Shown: positions 51,298 through 61,278 of the stretch, one piece after another
How positions within the stretch are numbered: the stretch's first letter is position 1
Layout: each line of letters begins with the position of its first letter
NCBI GenBank assembly: GCA_963668425.1
Contig: OY764332.1
Span: forward strand, 595,896-659,895
From: Minisyncoccota bacterium
GTDB lineage: Bacteria > Patescibacteriota > Minisyncoccia > Phycocordibacterales > JABAAK01
Length of the DNA stretch: 64,000 nucleotides
Reading direction: 5' to 3'
Made by a program: the position numbers and the translations under genes
The notes under the pieces: generated by a model
What the model was told of the DNA's origin: nothing
The model's database searches: none
What the model saw: the letters and a program-made list of their open reading frames with translations, nothing else

Positions 51298-53334
51298 CTA
51301 TTGATTGAGAGATTCCAAATGTCGAATTTCATCTCGTACTAGTGCCGCTGTCTCAAAATCCAATTCAGCAACTGCGTTTGCCATTTGTCGTTCTTTCTCG
51401 CGGATGGTTTTTTTCGGTGCCTTGCGATACTGCTCAATATCAAACTCAGCAAGCGTGGTAATAGTTTTTGCCCTCCTCTCCTCTAATTCTTCAGTGATAT
51501 CTTTGATATTTTTAATAACTGTTTTTGGTGTGATGTTGTGTTTTTTATTATGGGCGATTTGTAATTTTCGCCGTCGCTCGGTTTTCTCCATTGCCTTCTG
51601 TAGCGAATTTGTCAGCTTATCAGCGTATAGTATTACTCGTCCGTCAACATTTCTTGCTGCTCTGCCGATGGTTTGGATGAGTGAAGTTTCTGATCGTAAG
51701 AAACCTTCTTTATCAGCATCCAAAATTGCTACCAGTGTTACTTCTGGCAGGTCTAATCCCTCGCGTAGTAAATTTACTCCGACCAATACATCAAAGCTAC
51801 CTTTGCGAAATTTGGTGAGCAGTTCAATCCGCTCAATAGTTTTTACCTCACTGTGTAGGTACTCTGCCCGCATTCCTGCGTCAGCCAGATATTCTGCCAA
51901 TTCTTCTGCTGTTTTTTTTGTTAATGTTGTTACCAATACCCGACCACCTTTTGTAATATCTTTTTGTGCCTCACTGATAAAATCTTTCACTTGTCCGATG
52001 TACTTGTCAGTGCCGGTTACTGGATGTACTGTAGTCAGTGGATCTGTTAACCCAGTTGGACGAATAACTTGTTCCACAATATATCCATTGCTATGTTTTT
52101 GTTCGTATGCATCGGGAGTTGCGGATGTATATATGACCCAGCCAACCCGTTTTTCAAATTCTTCGAATGTTAATGGACGATTGTCTCGTGCGGATGGTAG
52201 TCGAAAGCCGTGTTCTATTAAGGTGTCTTTTCGTGACCGGTCCCCTGCGTACATTCCGCCGATTTGTGGCACTGTTACATGTGATTCGTCAATTATTGTC
52301 AGGAAGTTTGGTTTGCCATCTGCATCTTTTGGAAAATATGAAAGTAGGGTGTATGGCGGGATACCTGCCGCACGACGATCAAAATGCCGTGAGTAATTCT
52401 CAATTCCATTGCAATATCCGATTTCCTTTATCAGTGCCAAATCTTGTGCGGTGCGCCTTCGCAGACGTTCATACTCCAGCACTTTTCCTTGTCTGTCTAG
52501 TTCAGTCAGCCGTTCTTTCATCTCTTGTTCAATGGATGTGATTGCCATTTTTTGCGCTTCTTTGTTTGATACGAAATGCTTTGCTGGAAATAGGAAAAAT
52601 GTGTCAACAGATGTGTTTTCTATTGCACGCGTGAGCGCATTAATTTGTGCAATATTGCTGACAGTGGATCGGTCAAATGAAATACGATAGATGACTTCTT
52701 CGTTTACTGGCATAATCTCAACCGCATCGCTGATAACTCGCACCTTGCCGGGCTGTAACTCGTTAGTTGTCCTTTCAAAGTAGAGTGAAATCGCTTTTCG
52801 GATTAGATCTTCTCGTGTTACTACCGCACCTTTTTCAATTTTCATATGTACTTTCTCGTACTCTTCAGGACTTCCTAATCCATAGATACAAGATACAGAT
52901 GCAACTACAATTACATCATTCCGTGTCAGTAGTGCTTGTGTCGCCGCATGTCGTAGGCGATCAATCTCTCGGTTAACTAGCGCTTCTTTTGCAATATAAG
53001 TGTCAGAGCCAGGTACGTATGCTTCTGGCTGATAGTAGTCATAGTATGAAACAAAGTAATGTACCGGACTGTTTGGGAATAGTTCTTTGTACTCTTGTGC
53101 TAATTGTGCAGCAAGTGTTTTATTGTGTGCAATAACTAAGGTTGGCTTGTTCCATTGTGCGATAACATTTGCCGCGGTGAATGTTTTTCCAGAACCGGTC
53201 ACACCAAGCAGTGTTTGGTGTTGTGCGTTTTTACGCAAGCCCTCTAGTAATGTCTCTATTGCCTTCGGTTGATCTCCTGCAGGTTTTTTATCACTTGTAA
53301 GGACAAACTTATTCTTTGACCTCATACAACTCAA
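51298..53334 (-). CDS. uvrB: Excinuclease ABC subunit B
   Basis: 678 aa; Walker A 'GVTGSGKTFT', helicase motifs, beta-hairpin, C-terminal UVR domain. Confidence 0.9.
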   Translation of the reverse strand: MSCMRSKNKFVLTSDKKPAGDQPKAIETLLEGLRKNAQHQTLLGVTGSGKTFTAANVIAQWNKPTLVIAHNKTLAAQLAQEYKELFPNSPVHYFVSYYDYYQPEAYVPGSDTYIAKEALVNREIDRLRHAATQALLTRNDVIVVASVSCIYGLGSPEEYEKVHMKIEKGAVVTREDLIRKAISLYFERTTNELQPGKVRVISDAVEIMPVNEEVIYRISFDRSTVSNIAQINALTRAIENTSVDTFFLFPAKHFVSNKEAQKMAITSIEQEMKERLTELDRQGKVLEYERLRRRTAQDLALIKEIGYCNGIENYSRHFDRRAAGIPPYTLLSYFPKDADGKPNFLTIIDESHVTVPQIGGMYAGDRSRKDTLIEHGFRLPSARDNRPLTFEEFEKRVGWVIYTSATPDAYEQKHSNGYIVEQVIRPTGLTDPLTTVHPVTGTDKYIGQVKDFISEAQKDITKGGRVLVTTLTKKTAEELAEYLADAGMRAEYLHSEVKTIERIELLTKFRKGSFDVLVGVNLLREGLDLPEVTLVAILDADKEGFLRSETSLIQTIGRAARNVDGRVILYADKLTNSLQKAMEKTERRRKLQIAHNKKHNITPKTVIKNIKDITEELEERRAKTITTLAEFDIEQYRKAPKKTIREKERQMANAVAELDFETAALVRDEIRHLESLNQ

Positions 53335-53857
53335 TCATAAACTGAAGAGTTGTATTTGGTGGGATGTCTCCGGCCTGTTGATTGCCGTAGCCCATCTCAG
53401 GTTTTATGATAACAAGTCGTGTGCCTCCGACACGCATGCCGGTAACTCCTTGTTCAAATCCAGAAATTACTGCACCAGAACCAAGTTGAAATGCAAATGG
53501 TGATTCTTTGTCTAGGTTTTGATCAAAAATAATTTCTTCATTAGTGTTTGGGTCAAGGCGAGTACCAATGTAGCCGACATGTACTGTCTTTGGTGCTTCA
53601 GCGAGTTCTCCATCGCCGATCTGCAGATCAAGAATGGTTACCGGCTCAGATAGATTGTTGAGACCTATACTATTATCACTTTCATTTCTGCTGGCTGTTG
53701 AGCCAGTAGTGTTGACAATATTGCCACCAAAGAAACCTCTTTGCAATACCGTAAACGGAAAGATGTTTGGGAATATCCGACTGCCAAAAATAATAGGGGC
53801 AAATAGTAATAACACCACACCAATCGCGATGTATTTTTTTATGTGCTCTTGCTTCAT
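53309..53857 (-). CDS. FKBP-type peptidyl-prolyl cis-trans isomerase with N-terminal TM anchor
   Basis: 182 aa; 'VHVGYIGTRLDPNTNEEIIFDQ…FAFQLGSGAVISGFEQGVTGMRVGG…IPPNTTLQFMIEL'. Confidence 0.7.
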   Translation of the reverse strand: MKQEHIKKYIAIGVVLLLFAPIIFGSRIFPNIFPFTVLQRGFFGGNIVNTTGSTASRNESDNSIGLNNLSEPVTILDLQIGDGELAEAPKTVHVGYIGTRLDPNTNEEIIFDQNLDKESPFAFQLGSGAVISGFEQGVTGMRVGGTRLVIIKPEMGYGNQQAGDIPPNTTLQFMIELYEVKE

Positions 53858-53927
53858 ACGTTAGTAGTATACTACAGTATTTTTCTTGTCAAGTAAATTA
53901 TGTTATCCTGTAGATATATAGTATAAC

Positions 53928-54002
53928 GGCCCTATCGTCTAGCGGCTAGGACACAGCCCTCTCACGGCTGAGACCGGGGTTCAATTCCCCGTAGGGTCAC
54001 CA
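53928..54002 (+). tRNA. tRNA-Glu (anticodon CUC), CCA encoded
   Basis: Acceptor GGCCCTA/TAGGGTC, anticodon stem CAGCC/GGCTG loop CTCTCAC, T-arm GGGGTTCAATTCCCC, 3' ACCA. Confidence 0.8.
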
Positions 54003-54115
54003 ATCAGCCAATATACCTCACTCTGTGTTTTTGTATTCGCCTCCGGTCTCAGCCGATCACGGCTGCCAGTAGTCAGGTTTTTGTCAGAGCCAAAAACACG
54101 GGGGTTTGATTCCAC

Positions 54116-54192
54116 GGTACAGCGTTAGAACTGAAGAAACATTTTGAAAATACCTCGTCCGTTCCACCCTCCTCTTAACTTAACCCCAACCC
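54116..54192. repeat. Left terminal inverted repeat of island
   Basis: Reverse complement aligns with 61201-61278 (…GGTTAAGTTAAGAGGAGGGTGGAACGGACGAGGTATTTTCAAAATGTTTCTTCAGTTCTAACGCTGTACC). Confidence 0.8.
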
Positions 54193-54296
54193 TTATGCTC
54201 GGTGCGACTGTTTCGTTTCGTTTTCCCATCTTCGTTCTTTTGCTCTGCTCTGTAAAAGTCCGAGGGAGGGAATGCTTATGTTAAATCACCTTTTCC

Positions 54297-55082
54297 TTAA
54301 ATTCTCTTCCGTGTTCCTCCTATTCTCCTCCTTGCAATATTTACATACTCACTGTCCCTCTCTATTCCCACCCATTGACATCCACATTGTTTAGCAACAC
54401 ACGCCGTCGTCCCGCTTCCCAAAAACGGATCTAAAACAATATCTTCCTTGTTTGCACTCGCAAGAATAATCCGCCGCAGCATTTCCTCAGGTTTTTGTGT
54501 TGGATGTAGCGCCTTTCCATCGTCGCCCCGTAACCGTTCATCCCCTTGCACAAGCGGCAATTCCCACACATCACGCATTTGCTTTACTTTTCCATTTTTC
54601 TGTCTTTCAGGGTTAATTTCTTTCACTTTTTCGTAATTAAAAGTCCACCCCTTCCCTTTGACTGCCCATATAATAAATTCTGTGGAATGTGTAAAAACTC
54701 GTCTCGTCATGTTCGGCATAGCATTTGTCTTATGCCAGGTAATTACATTGTTTATCTTGAATCCAATCTGTTTTATTGCAGTCATGACCTCGCTAATATT
54801 GTGATAACTGCAGGAGATATAAAATGAACCAGTGTCTTTTAATACTCGATTACAAGCACCGATCCATTGACGGGTAAATTGCACATATTCTGGTACGGTC
54901 ATTTTATCCCAGTGTGCGTCAACCATATACCAATCCCCGCCTGTTTTGTTTCCCTCCCACTTCAAACCATTGCCAGAAAGGTTGTACGGCGGATCCGCAA
55001 AAATTAAATCAATTGTTTGTTCATTAATTTTTTTATTCAAAATCTCTACACAATCACCATTGTAAATAATATTTGTTTTCAT
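54297..55082 (-). CDS. DNA methyltransferase, beta-class (DPPY then FxGxG), M2 of M-R-M operon
   Basis: 261 aa; 'IFADPPYNLSG' N-terminal, 'LDPFLGSGTTACVA' C-terminal; 4-nt overlap with upstream REase. Confidence 0.85.
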   Translation of the reverse strand: MKTNIIYNGDCVEILNKKINEQTIDLIFADPPYNLSGNGLKWEGNKTGGDWYMVDAHWDKMTVPEYVQFTRQWIGACNRVLKDTGSFYISCSYHNISEVMTAIKQIGFKINNVITWHKTNAMPNMTRRVFTHSTEFIIWAVKGKGWTFNYEKVKEINPERQKNGKVKQMRDVWELPLVQGDERLRGDDGKALHPTQKPEEMLRRIILASANKEDIVLDPFLGSGTTACVAKQCGCQWVGIERDSEYVNIARRRIGGTRKRI

Positions 55083-56908
55083 GTTGTTTTTTCAGAAGTG
55101 AGTTTCTTGCCCCACGAAGCGATAACAGTCGGGACAGATTCCAACCATTCATTTGAACTTTTCGACTTCTTTGATAGTGCGACAACTTCATCATAAAGAG
55201 ACATAATGTCCGCATGATGCAGAAAAGCATCTTTTACTTTTATTTCAAGAAGGATGTTTAGTACAGAAATAAATTGGGTAATTGAAAGCGGGATAATTTT
55301 TTGCTTTTTTCCTTCATACTCATATTTAACCGCATTCCAAAATGTATTTACAGTATCTCTATGTAATTGCGGAGCAATAAACAGGCAGTAAGATGGCTTA
55401 TCACTATACATGTTTTCAAAATTTCGTAAGTGTCGCATGATTGGCTGTCCCTCGTTGTACCATTGGTCCCGCCCGGTCAACATGGTAACTTCACATATTG
55501 CATTAAATGTTTCATAAAAACATTCGATGTCTGGCATATTGCCTGGCGCGGTGAAAGTCGGCTCATTATCATCACCAACCGGATAATTCGGCTGTATGTT
55601 TAGTGCATCGTTAAGCGCGGTCAGTCCAAGAGCAGACAATTTTTCAAGCAGTAATGGGCGGTCTTCTTGTTCAAAAATATTTTTCAACAATTCAACATAC
55701 GATGCAACATGTTCTGCGCTCTGCGACTCTCTTTGCACCATTTCATCTTGTAATGTTTTCCTATATGCACGCAATTCTGTAACATATTCTTTCAAAACAC
55801 TATCATCCATCTTTTTATAATCCTCAATTATACGCATTTGTTGCTGCAAATCCTTTTCATGTGTCTGTATATCAGAAATAAGATTGGTAATAATTTCTGT
55901 ATGTTTTGCCCTTGTTTCCCATGGTAGTTGAGGTTGAGATATGTCGGAAATATACTCAAGGTACACTTCCTTTGATTCAAATGATTGTGATTGTGCGGTA
56001 TCGCGCTCAAGCAATGATGTAATTTCAACCATTCTTCTCGGCTCAAGATCAACATAGAAACCGCCACCACGAATATACAAATATTTAGTCAGACGAAAAT
56101 ACCGTATCGCATTATCACCATAATCCTTTAGATTGTTCAAAAGAGATTGGACATCTTTATCGTTATCAGTTCCTAAAAATTCAGCAGCAAACTCTTTTCT
56201 GTATTTCTCAAAAAATTTATTCTGTTGCTGCCGTTCTTTTCCTTGAAGATCCGCCCGCAATGTGATAATCTCATTGGTATATTTTTGTACATCACTATAA
56301 TGTACCAAGGTTGGAACAAAAAGAGCAAACTCTTTTTTGCTAATTCCTTTTGCTTTATTCCCATTATACCCCTCCTTTTCATTTATCGCATTAATCAGAT
56401 GTAACATTCCGACAAATGGTTTAATATCATACTCTGCATCCGAAGAGTAGTCATCACTATCAGGATTTGGTATTTGCCATTTCAAAAAACTTCTCAAAAA
56501 CACTTCGCCTAAGTCAAAGTCATCTTGTAAAAACAGCTTCCCTAAATCGGTGACGCATACCTTGCCATCCCGAATGGCGACAAAGCCGAGTTTTCTCAAG
56601 GGATTAATTGACTGCCTGCCGCGCATTGCTGGATCTTCATATTGTTTTCCCAGAAAAATCTTTTCTGCCTCTTTAAATGGGACATCTTTTGAAAAATTAT
56701 CCAATAACTTTACTTGGTTTTTTGAAAGGGTGTTATAAAACTGTGTATTGCCGTAACCGTACAATCTGCTTTGAATTAATAAAATTTGAAACTTTTTTTG
56801 ATTTTCAAAATCCCAGTCCATTCCTTCAAGCTGACTTAACACACCTAGGAAACCCCGTAATCTTTCCGGGCTCCGTAGTGTTGTAGTGATTGACCATGGC
56901 TTTTTCAT
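55079..56908 (-). CDS. Putative type IIS-like restriction endonuclease (uncharacterised about 610-aa protein between two methyltransferases)
   Basis: Start set to ATG 1 nt after upstream methyltransferase stop; tightly coupled on both sides with methyltransferases of different classes, the usual arrangement for asymmetric-site type IIS systems; no family recognisable by eye. Confidence 0.4.
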   Translation of the reverse strand: MKKPWSITTTLRSPERLRGFLGVLSQLEGMDWDFENQKKFQILLIQSRLYGYGNTQFYNTLSKNQVKLLDNFSKDVPFKEAEKIFLGKQYEDPAMRGRQSINPLRKLGFVAIRDGKVCVTDLGKLFLQDDFDLGEVFLRSFLKWQIPNPDSDDYSSDAEYDIKPFVGMLHLINAINEKEGYNGNKAKGISKKEFALFVPTLVHYSDVQKYTNEIITLRADLQGKERQQQNKFFEKYRKEFAAEFLGTDNDKDVQSLLNNLKDYGDNAIRYFRLTKYLYIRGGGFYVDLEPRRMVEITSLLERDTAQSQSFESKEVYLEYISDISQPQLPWETRAKHTEIITNLISDIQTHEKDLQQQMRIIEDYKKMDDSVLKEYVTELRAYRKTLQDEMVQRESQSAEHVASYVELLKNIFEQEDRPLLLEKLSALGLTALNDALNIQPNYPVGDDNEPTFTAPGNMPDIECFYETFNAICEVTMLTGRDQWYNEGQPIMRHLRNFENMYSDKPSYCLFIAPQLHRDTVNTFWNAVKYEYEGKKQKIIPLSITQFISVLNILLEIKVKDAFLHHADIMSLYDEVVALSKKSKSSNEWLESVPTVIASWGKKLTSEKTT

Positions 56909-56909
56909 G

Positions 56910-58127
56910 CTATTTCTTGACTTCGCAATAAAAAATTCTTTCCGCATTATTTTCTCCATCGCTTTTCCCAGTTGTAAATGCCTTGTACCTTTTCTCAAAA
57001 ATCTCAACTGCTCCACGCTTTTTTAAAACTTGTACGATATCCTCATCGTTCATTCGTGCATTTGATCGACCATCTTTTAAATCACCGGTATTGTTATACG
57101 AAAGTAGAATATACTTACAGTTCGCATGCTCAATCAAATCAGCAAAGGCAGATGTTGCATCCTTGAGACAGTATTTACTTTTTATGTGCGAACGATCCAT
57201 TTTTTTAGCAACGCCAAACACATCAGGCTTTTCCCATGTGACCAAATTTTCCAAAAGGTGATATGCATCGGAATACTGCCGAGAGTTATATGGCGGATCA
57301 ATATAAAGTACATCACAAGAGATCTTTCTTATAAGGTCATTTGCATCTTCTCTATATACCTCATTACCTGCATTCTTTCTGTATGACACCTCTGGATTCA
57401 AAAGTTGCACAGGATTTAACATGTCCATCTTCCTCCTAAACGCATCATAGTGACCGACAGTATTTGCCGCACGATCAACTGAGTATAGAAGTGAGCATAG
57501 TAAGATATTTTTTTCATCATCATTTTTCACAACATTCTCTATTTCTTCCCGAATGGCACCAATCTTTTGAGCATTCCTTTTTGAGAAATAGGTTCCACCA
57601 AAATGTTTTGAAAAATAATTTTCTGTTTCATCTGATAATCTATTAAGGTATTTTATTTTTTCTGAAACATTTTCATACATTCCACCATCATCAATATCCA
57701 AAAATGTTCGTAAACACACATAGTTAGCGGAAAGAAAATCATTGGAGATAATTTTTATTTCTCTGGTGTTAAAACTCTCTCCGACAACGCCAGTGCCAGC
57801 AAATATGTCGCAGAAAGAATTCACTTCTTTGCACTTACTGAAGACAATGCTTTTAATAAAATCAATTAGTCTGTACTTATTGCCTAAATACCTCCTGCTT
57901 TGTATCTGAAAATATCCGTCATTTGGCTTTTTTTGTTCAAAATACTTTTTTGTTTTTAGTGATTTAATAAGAGATGCAGTATCAATCCCAGGAACATCAA
58001 AAAGTGCTTGCTGTTCCCTATCTTTGGTGTGCCAAAAACCTTCATCACAGTATCCATCTGTGCATATAAAATTATCCTCATGATTTATACACCGCTCAAC
58101 AATTCTATCTTTTTCATTATTCTTCAT
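56910..58127 (-). CDS. DNA N6-adenine methyltransferase, alpha-class (FxGxG then DPPY), with Cys-rich N-terminal extension, M1 of M-R-M operon
   Basis: 405 aa; 'CDIFAGTGVVGESF' followed by 'VLYIDPPYNSRQY'; N-terminal 'CINHEDNFICTDGYCDEGFWH'. Confidence 0.8.
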   Translation of the reverse strand: MKNNEKDRIVERCINHEDNFICTDGYCDEGFWHTKDREQQALFDVPGIDTASLIKSLKTKKYFEQKKPNDGYFQIQSRRYLGNKYRLIDFIKSIVFSKCKEVNSFCDIFAGTGVVGESFNTREIKIISNDFLSANYVCLRTFLDIDDGGMYENVSEKIKYLNRLSDETENYFSKHFGGTYFSKRNAQKIGAIREEIENVVKNDDEKNILLCSLLYSVDRAANTVGHYDAFRRKMDMLNPVQLLNPEVSYRKNAGNEVYREDANDLIRKISCDVLYIDPPYNSRQYSDAYHLLENLVTWEKPDVFGVAKKMDRSHIKSKYCLKDATSAFADLIEHANCKYILLSYNNTGDLKDGRSNARMNDEDIVQVLKKRGAVEIFEKRYKAFTTGKSDGENNAERIFYCEVKK

Positions 58128-58166
58128 ATGTATTTAGTATATCTCACAAATGGGAAATCCTTATTT

Positions 58167-59330
58167 TCAAAGTAATTCCCTCTGTCTTCTTACCTTATTC
58201 CATTTCTCAACATCTTCAAATTCATCGTTTTCAGCATAATCATATATTATGCCTACGCTATGCCTTGCCCTTGTAATTGCAATATAAAATTTACAACGGG
58301 TAGTATCCTTTAATTGATTTTCGTGATCTTTAATCCATTTTTTAATATCGTCCGTTGGATAAATAAGAACTTTGTCAAATGTCAAACCTTTTGATTTTCC
58401 ATAATTTATTGCTGGATATTCTGACAATTTTAGTTTCAAGATTTGCGGCGAGTGTGTATTGATGTAATCACACTCATCATCACTTCTGACCAAAAAAACG
58501 CCTTCGTGATCTGTTACATGTTTTCTGCATTTTGCACAGATACAAGGGGTAGAAGATTCATATTGAGGAGGAGGAAAAAGTTTGGATGAAAAATCACAGA
58601 TAGATTGATTATTCCTGTGTGTTCTGTTCAATGTTTCTTGATCTATTACACAACCAAAAGCACAACACTCTGTTTCAATAAATTCTTTAATTTTTCCATT
58701 TTTATATTTTATATTTTTTCTCGCATGACTTGTTAAGTAGGCGACTTGTCTTGGATCACCAACCAATAAAATCCTTGATTGTGTGCCAAGGAGTATTTTT
58801 ATTACCTCTAAATCCCATCCGGCAAGATCCTGCACTTCATCAATAAAAATATGCTGATATATTCTTGAGATTCTATCAATTACTTTTCCGCCTGTTTTGT
58901 CGTTACATTTAAGAATAAACTTTGAAATCTTATCTGAGTATATTTTCCAACCCTCTGTAAAATAGTATTGAGGAAAATCATTCTCTCCCCAATATATCGG
59001 TTTTTCTTTTTTCTTTCTGTTTCTATTTTTACAAGCAGATATTTCTGATGACAAATAAAACCCTATTCTTTTTCCAAATAAACCGTCATTCATTGACCCC
59101 TGATACGGTCTCACACCATGTTGCAAGAGAAAAGAAAACCACGTTTGAACCGTTATGTTTGGCGGTATGTTTCCATTCTTTTCTGTAATTTTTCTTCTAA
59201 TCTCTTGTTCGTTTTCTTCTGTATAAGTAGTAATCAAAATATTCTCTTTCTTAACTTTCAATGCTTCTGTGATAAGATGTGTTGTCTTGCCCGATCCTGC
59301 AACCGCAATTATTAATTTATTTTGATTCAT
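58167..59330 (-). CDS. gajB: GajB-like UvrD/SF1 helicase (short, 387 aa)
   Basis: Walker A 'AVAGSGKTTHL', Walker B 'IFIDEVQDLAGWD', 'VGDPRQ', motif VI 'IAITRARHS'; 14-nt overlap with upstream gajA-like gene. Confidence 0.6.
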   Translation of the reverse strand: MNQNKLIIAVAGSGKTTHLITEALKVKKENILITTYTEENEQEIRRKITEKNGNIPPNITVQTWFSFLLQHGVRPYQGSMNDGLFGKRIGFYLSSEISACKNRNRKKKEKPIYWGENDFPQYYFTEGWKIYSDKISKFILKCNDKTGGKVIDRISRIYQHIFIDEVQDLAGWDLEVIKILLGTQSRILLVGDPRQVAYLTSHARKNIKYKNGKIKEFIETECCAFGCVIDQETLNRTHRNNQSICDFSSKLFPPPQYESSTPCICAKCRKHVTDHEGVFLVRSDDECDYINTHSPQILKLKLSEYPAINYGKSKGLTFDKVLIYPTDDIKKWIKDHENQLKDTTRCKFYIAITRARHSVGIIYDYAENDEFEDVEKWNKVRRQRELL

Positions 59331-60960
59331 GTTCCCATTTAATTGCCTCTAAAATATATTCAGGAAAATTTATGTCTTGATCTGATTCAAATAATTCCAA
59401 CGCACATTTGGTTTTGTTATTTTTCATATGTTCTTCAAGATCTTTGTTGTTCTGATTATCAAGCTTAAAAATACCTGCTAATACATCCAATTGCTTATGA
59501 TTGGCATTTATAATCTGAGGCTCCAATGTCGGCAACTTGTCATTCTTGCTTGCACAGATTTTTATATTTTTTGATTTTTCATAATCTTTGTACTTCTTTT
59601 TAACCTTATTCTCATAATCACCGTCGTTATCGGTCACAACCACCACTGTTTTATTAATCTTATCTGCAATTTCAAGAAATCTTAAAAAAGATGTTCCCAC
59701 AGAAATAACATCAACCTGATCATCAATTGGTGATTTATTTTTTTCCTTCATGTACGCCTTTTGTACTGTTAATTCATCAGACGGACCCTCCACTAAAATA
59801 GCTTTCCTGCAAAGAATCATTCTCAATGTGTCATATCCGGGAAGTTTTTCAAAAAACTTTTGAGTTTCAGGAGTCAAATCATTCATTCTCACTTGATTTA
59901 TGCTATCATCGGGTTCTTTGTTGAGAATAATTAGATTCGCTAAATTAAATTTATTCGCTACAAAATTGCTATGTGTTGAGACTATAGCCTGTTTCTTATT
60001 AGTGTCATCTGTCTTATTATCCTTCAGATGTTTAATTAATTTATTTAGATTTGCGTGTGATAAGTGGTTCTCTGGCTCTTCAAGTAATAATATATTCGCC
60101 TCTTTCGCTTTTTTGTGATTAAGTGCTAATTGAGTTTTGACTAAGGATTGCTCACCTTTCCCAATAAAATCAAAAGGTATGTTGTTCAGATAGGTTTTTA
60201 AGCTTGTTTCCCATGCAGTTTTTGTTGAAACATCGGCTGATAAGGTGATTTTCTTGTTAGATATATTATTCTGACTTAACTTTTCATTTATTTTGTTGAC
60301 GATGTCTTCTTCGGCAAATGAATCTTTAAGCTTTCTATGTGCTTGAGCTATTTTTACTTTTTCACCATCTTCAAGAAGGTCACGAATTATGTGAGATATA
60401 TAAACATCAGATCCATTTTGATAACGACCACTTGTTGAATCTATAAAGGAAGATTTAAATGGTATACTTCGTGGGGTTATGCTCTCCCTTGCAAATGATT
60501 GCCACTCACAGTCATAGTACTCAATCGGCAAAGATTTTAAATCACCATCATCTAAGAGTGCGTCGTGTTCCGATTTGTATCGTTCTTGAAATAAAATCTC
60601 AAATCGTATACCACACCCCTTCTGTCTGGTGGTATTATTATCTCCCTCAAAATTTGCTTTTATCACATCATTATCAATTTCAAAAAACAATTCAATTCTG
60701 ACATGCGGAGGATCCACATTTTCATTTTGATCGGAAATGTATTTTTCCATAACTTCCTTGTTGAAGAGTGCCTCACTATGTCCTGTTCGTATATGTCTAC
60801 CGTGAAACCAGCCAGAAAGTGCAAGATGAACCGCCTCTAAAATTGTAGATTTTCCAGATTCATTATCCCCAACTAATATATTTAAACCCTCATTAAGTTC
60901 CAAAATAAACTCACCTTTGAAACATTTAAAATTTTCAATTACTATCTTTTTCAATCTCAT
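59317..60960 (-). CDS. gajA: GajA-like OLD-family ABC ATPase with C-terminal Toprim nuclease domain
   Basis: 547 aa; Walker A 'GDNESGKSTILEA', Walker B/D-loop 'ILLLEEPENHLS', Toprim 'ILVEGPSDE' and 'VVVVTDNDGDYE'. Confidence 0.7.
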   Translation of the reverse strand: MRLKKIVIENFKCFKGEFILELNEGLNILVGDNESGKSTILEAVHLALSGWFHGRHIRTGHSEALFNKEVMEKYISDQNENVDPPHVRIELFFEIDNDVIKANFEGDNNTTRQKGCGIRFEILFQERYKSEHDALLDDGDLKSLPIEYYDCEWQSFARESITPRSIPFKSSFIDSTSGRYQNGSDVYISHIIRDLLEDGEKVKIAQAHRKLKDSFAEEDIVNKINEKLSQNNISNKKITLSADVSTKTAWETSLKTYLNNIPFDFIGKGEQSLVKTQLALNHKKAKEANILLLEEPENHLSHANLNKLIKHLKDNKTDDTNKKQAIVSTHSNFVANKFNLANLIILNKEPDDSINQVRMNDLTPETQKFFEKLPGYDTLRMILCRKAILVEGPSDELTVQKAYMKEKNKSPIDDQVDVISVGTSFLRFLEIADKINKTVVVVTDNDGDYENKVKKKYKDYEKSKNIKICASKNDKLPTLEPQIINANHKQLDVLAGIFKLDNQNNKDLEEHMKNNKTKCALELFESDQDINFPEYILEAIKWEHESK

Positions 60961-60967
60961 ACCTATT

Positions 60968-61147
60968 ACTTTAATAATGCCAAATGCCTACCTTTCTCAA
61001 TAGCCAGCCAGTTAACGGATAAGCAATAAAAACTGCTATAAGCGCTGGTTTTACTGGTTCATTGAAAATATTCCAAAGCAAGGCAAAAATAACAATGGTG
61101 ATTACTTTATTTACCACGCTTCCTAATGTTGAGTGAAAGTTTTTCAT
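60968..61147 (-). CDS. Unannotated 59-aa two-TM small membrane protein heading the Gabija-like operon
   Basis: Translation by hand of the minus strand: MKNFHSTLGSVVNKVITIVIFALLWNIFNEPVKPALIAVFIAYPLTGWLLRKVGIWHY; stop 8 nt before gajA-like start; below the ORF-track size cut-off. Confidence 0.3.
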
Positions 61148-61200
61148 AAAAACATTTTACCATTATTTGGTTAAGGTGTTTACGGTGCGGTCCGAGCGTA

Positions 61201-61278
61201 GGGGTTGGGTTTAAGTTAAGAGGAAGGTGGAACGGATGAGGTGTTTTCAAAATGTTTCTTCGGCTCTAACGCTGTACC
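61201..61278. repeat. Right terminal inverted repeat of island
   Basis: See TIR-L; abuts DR2 at 61280. Confidence 0.8.
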
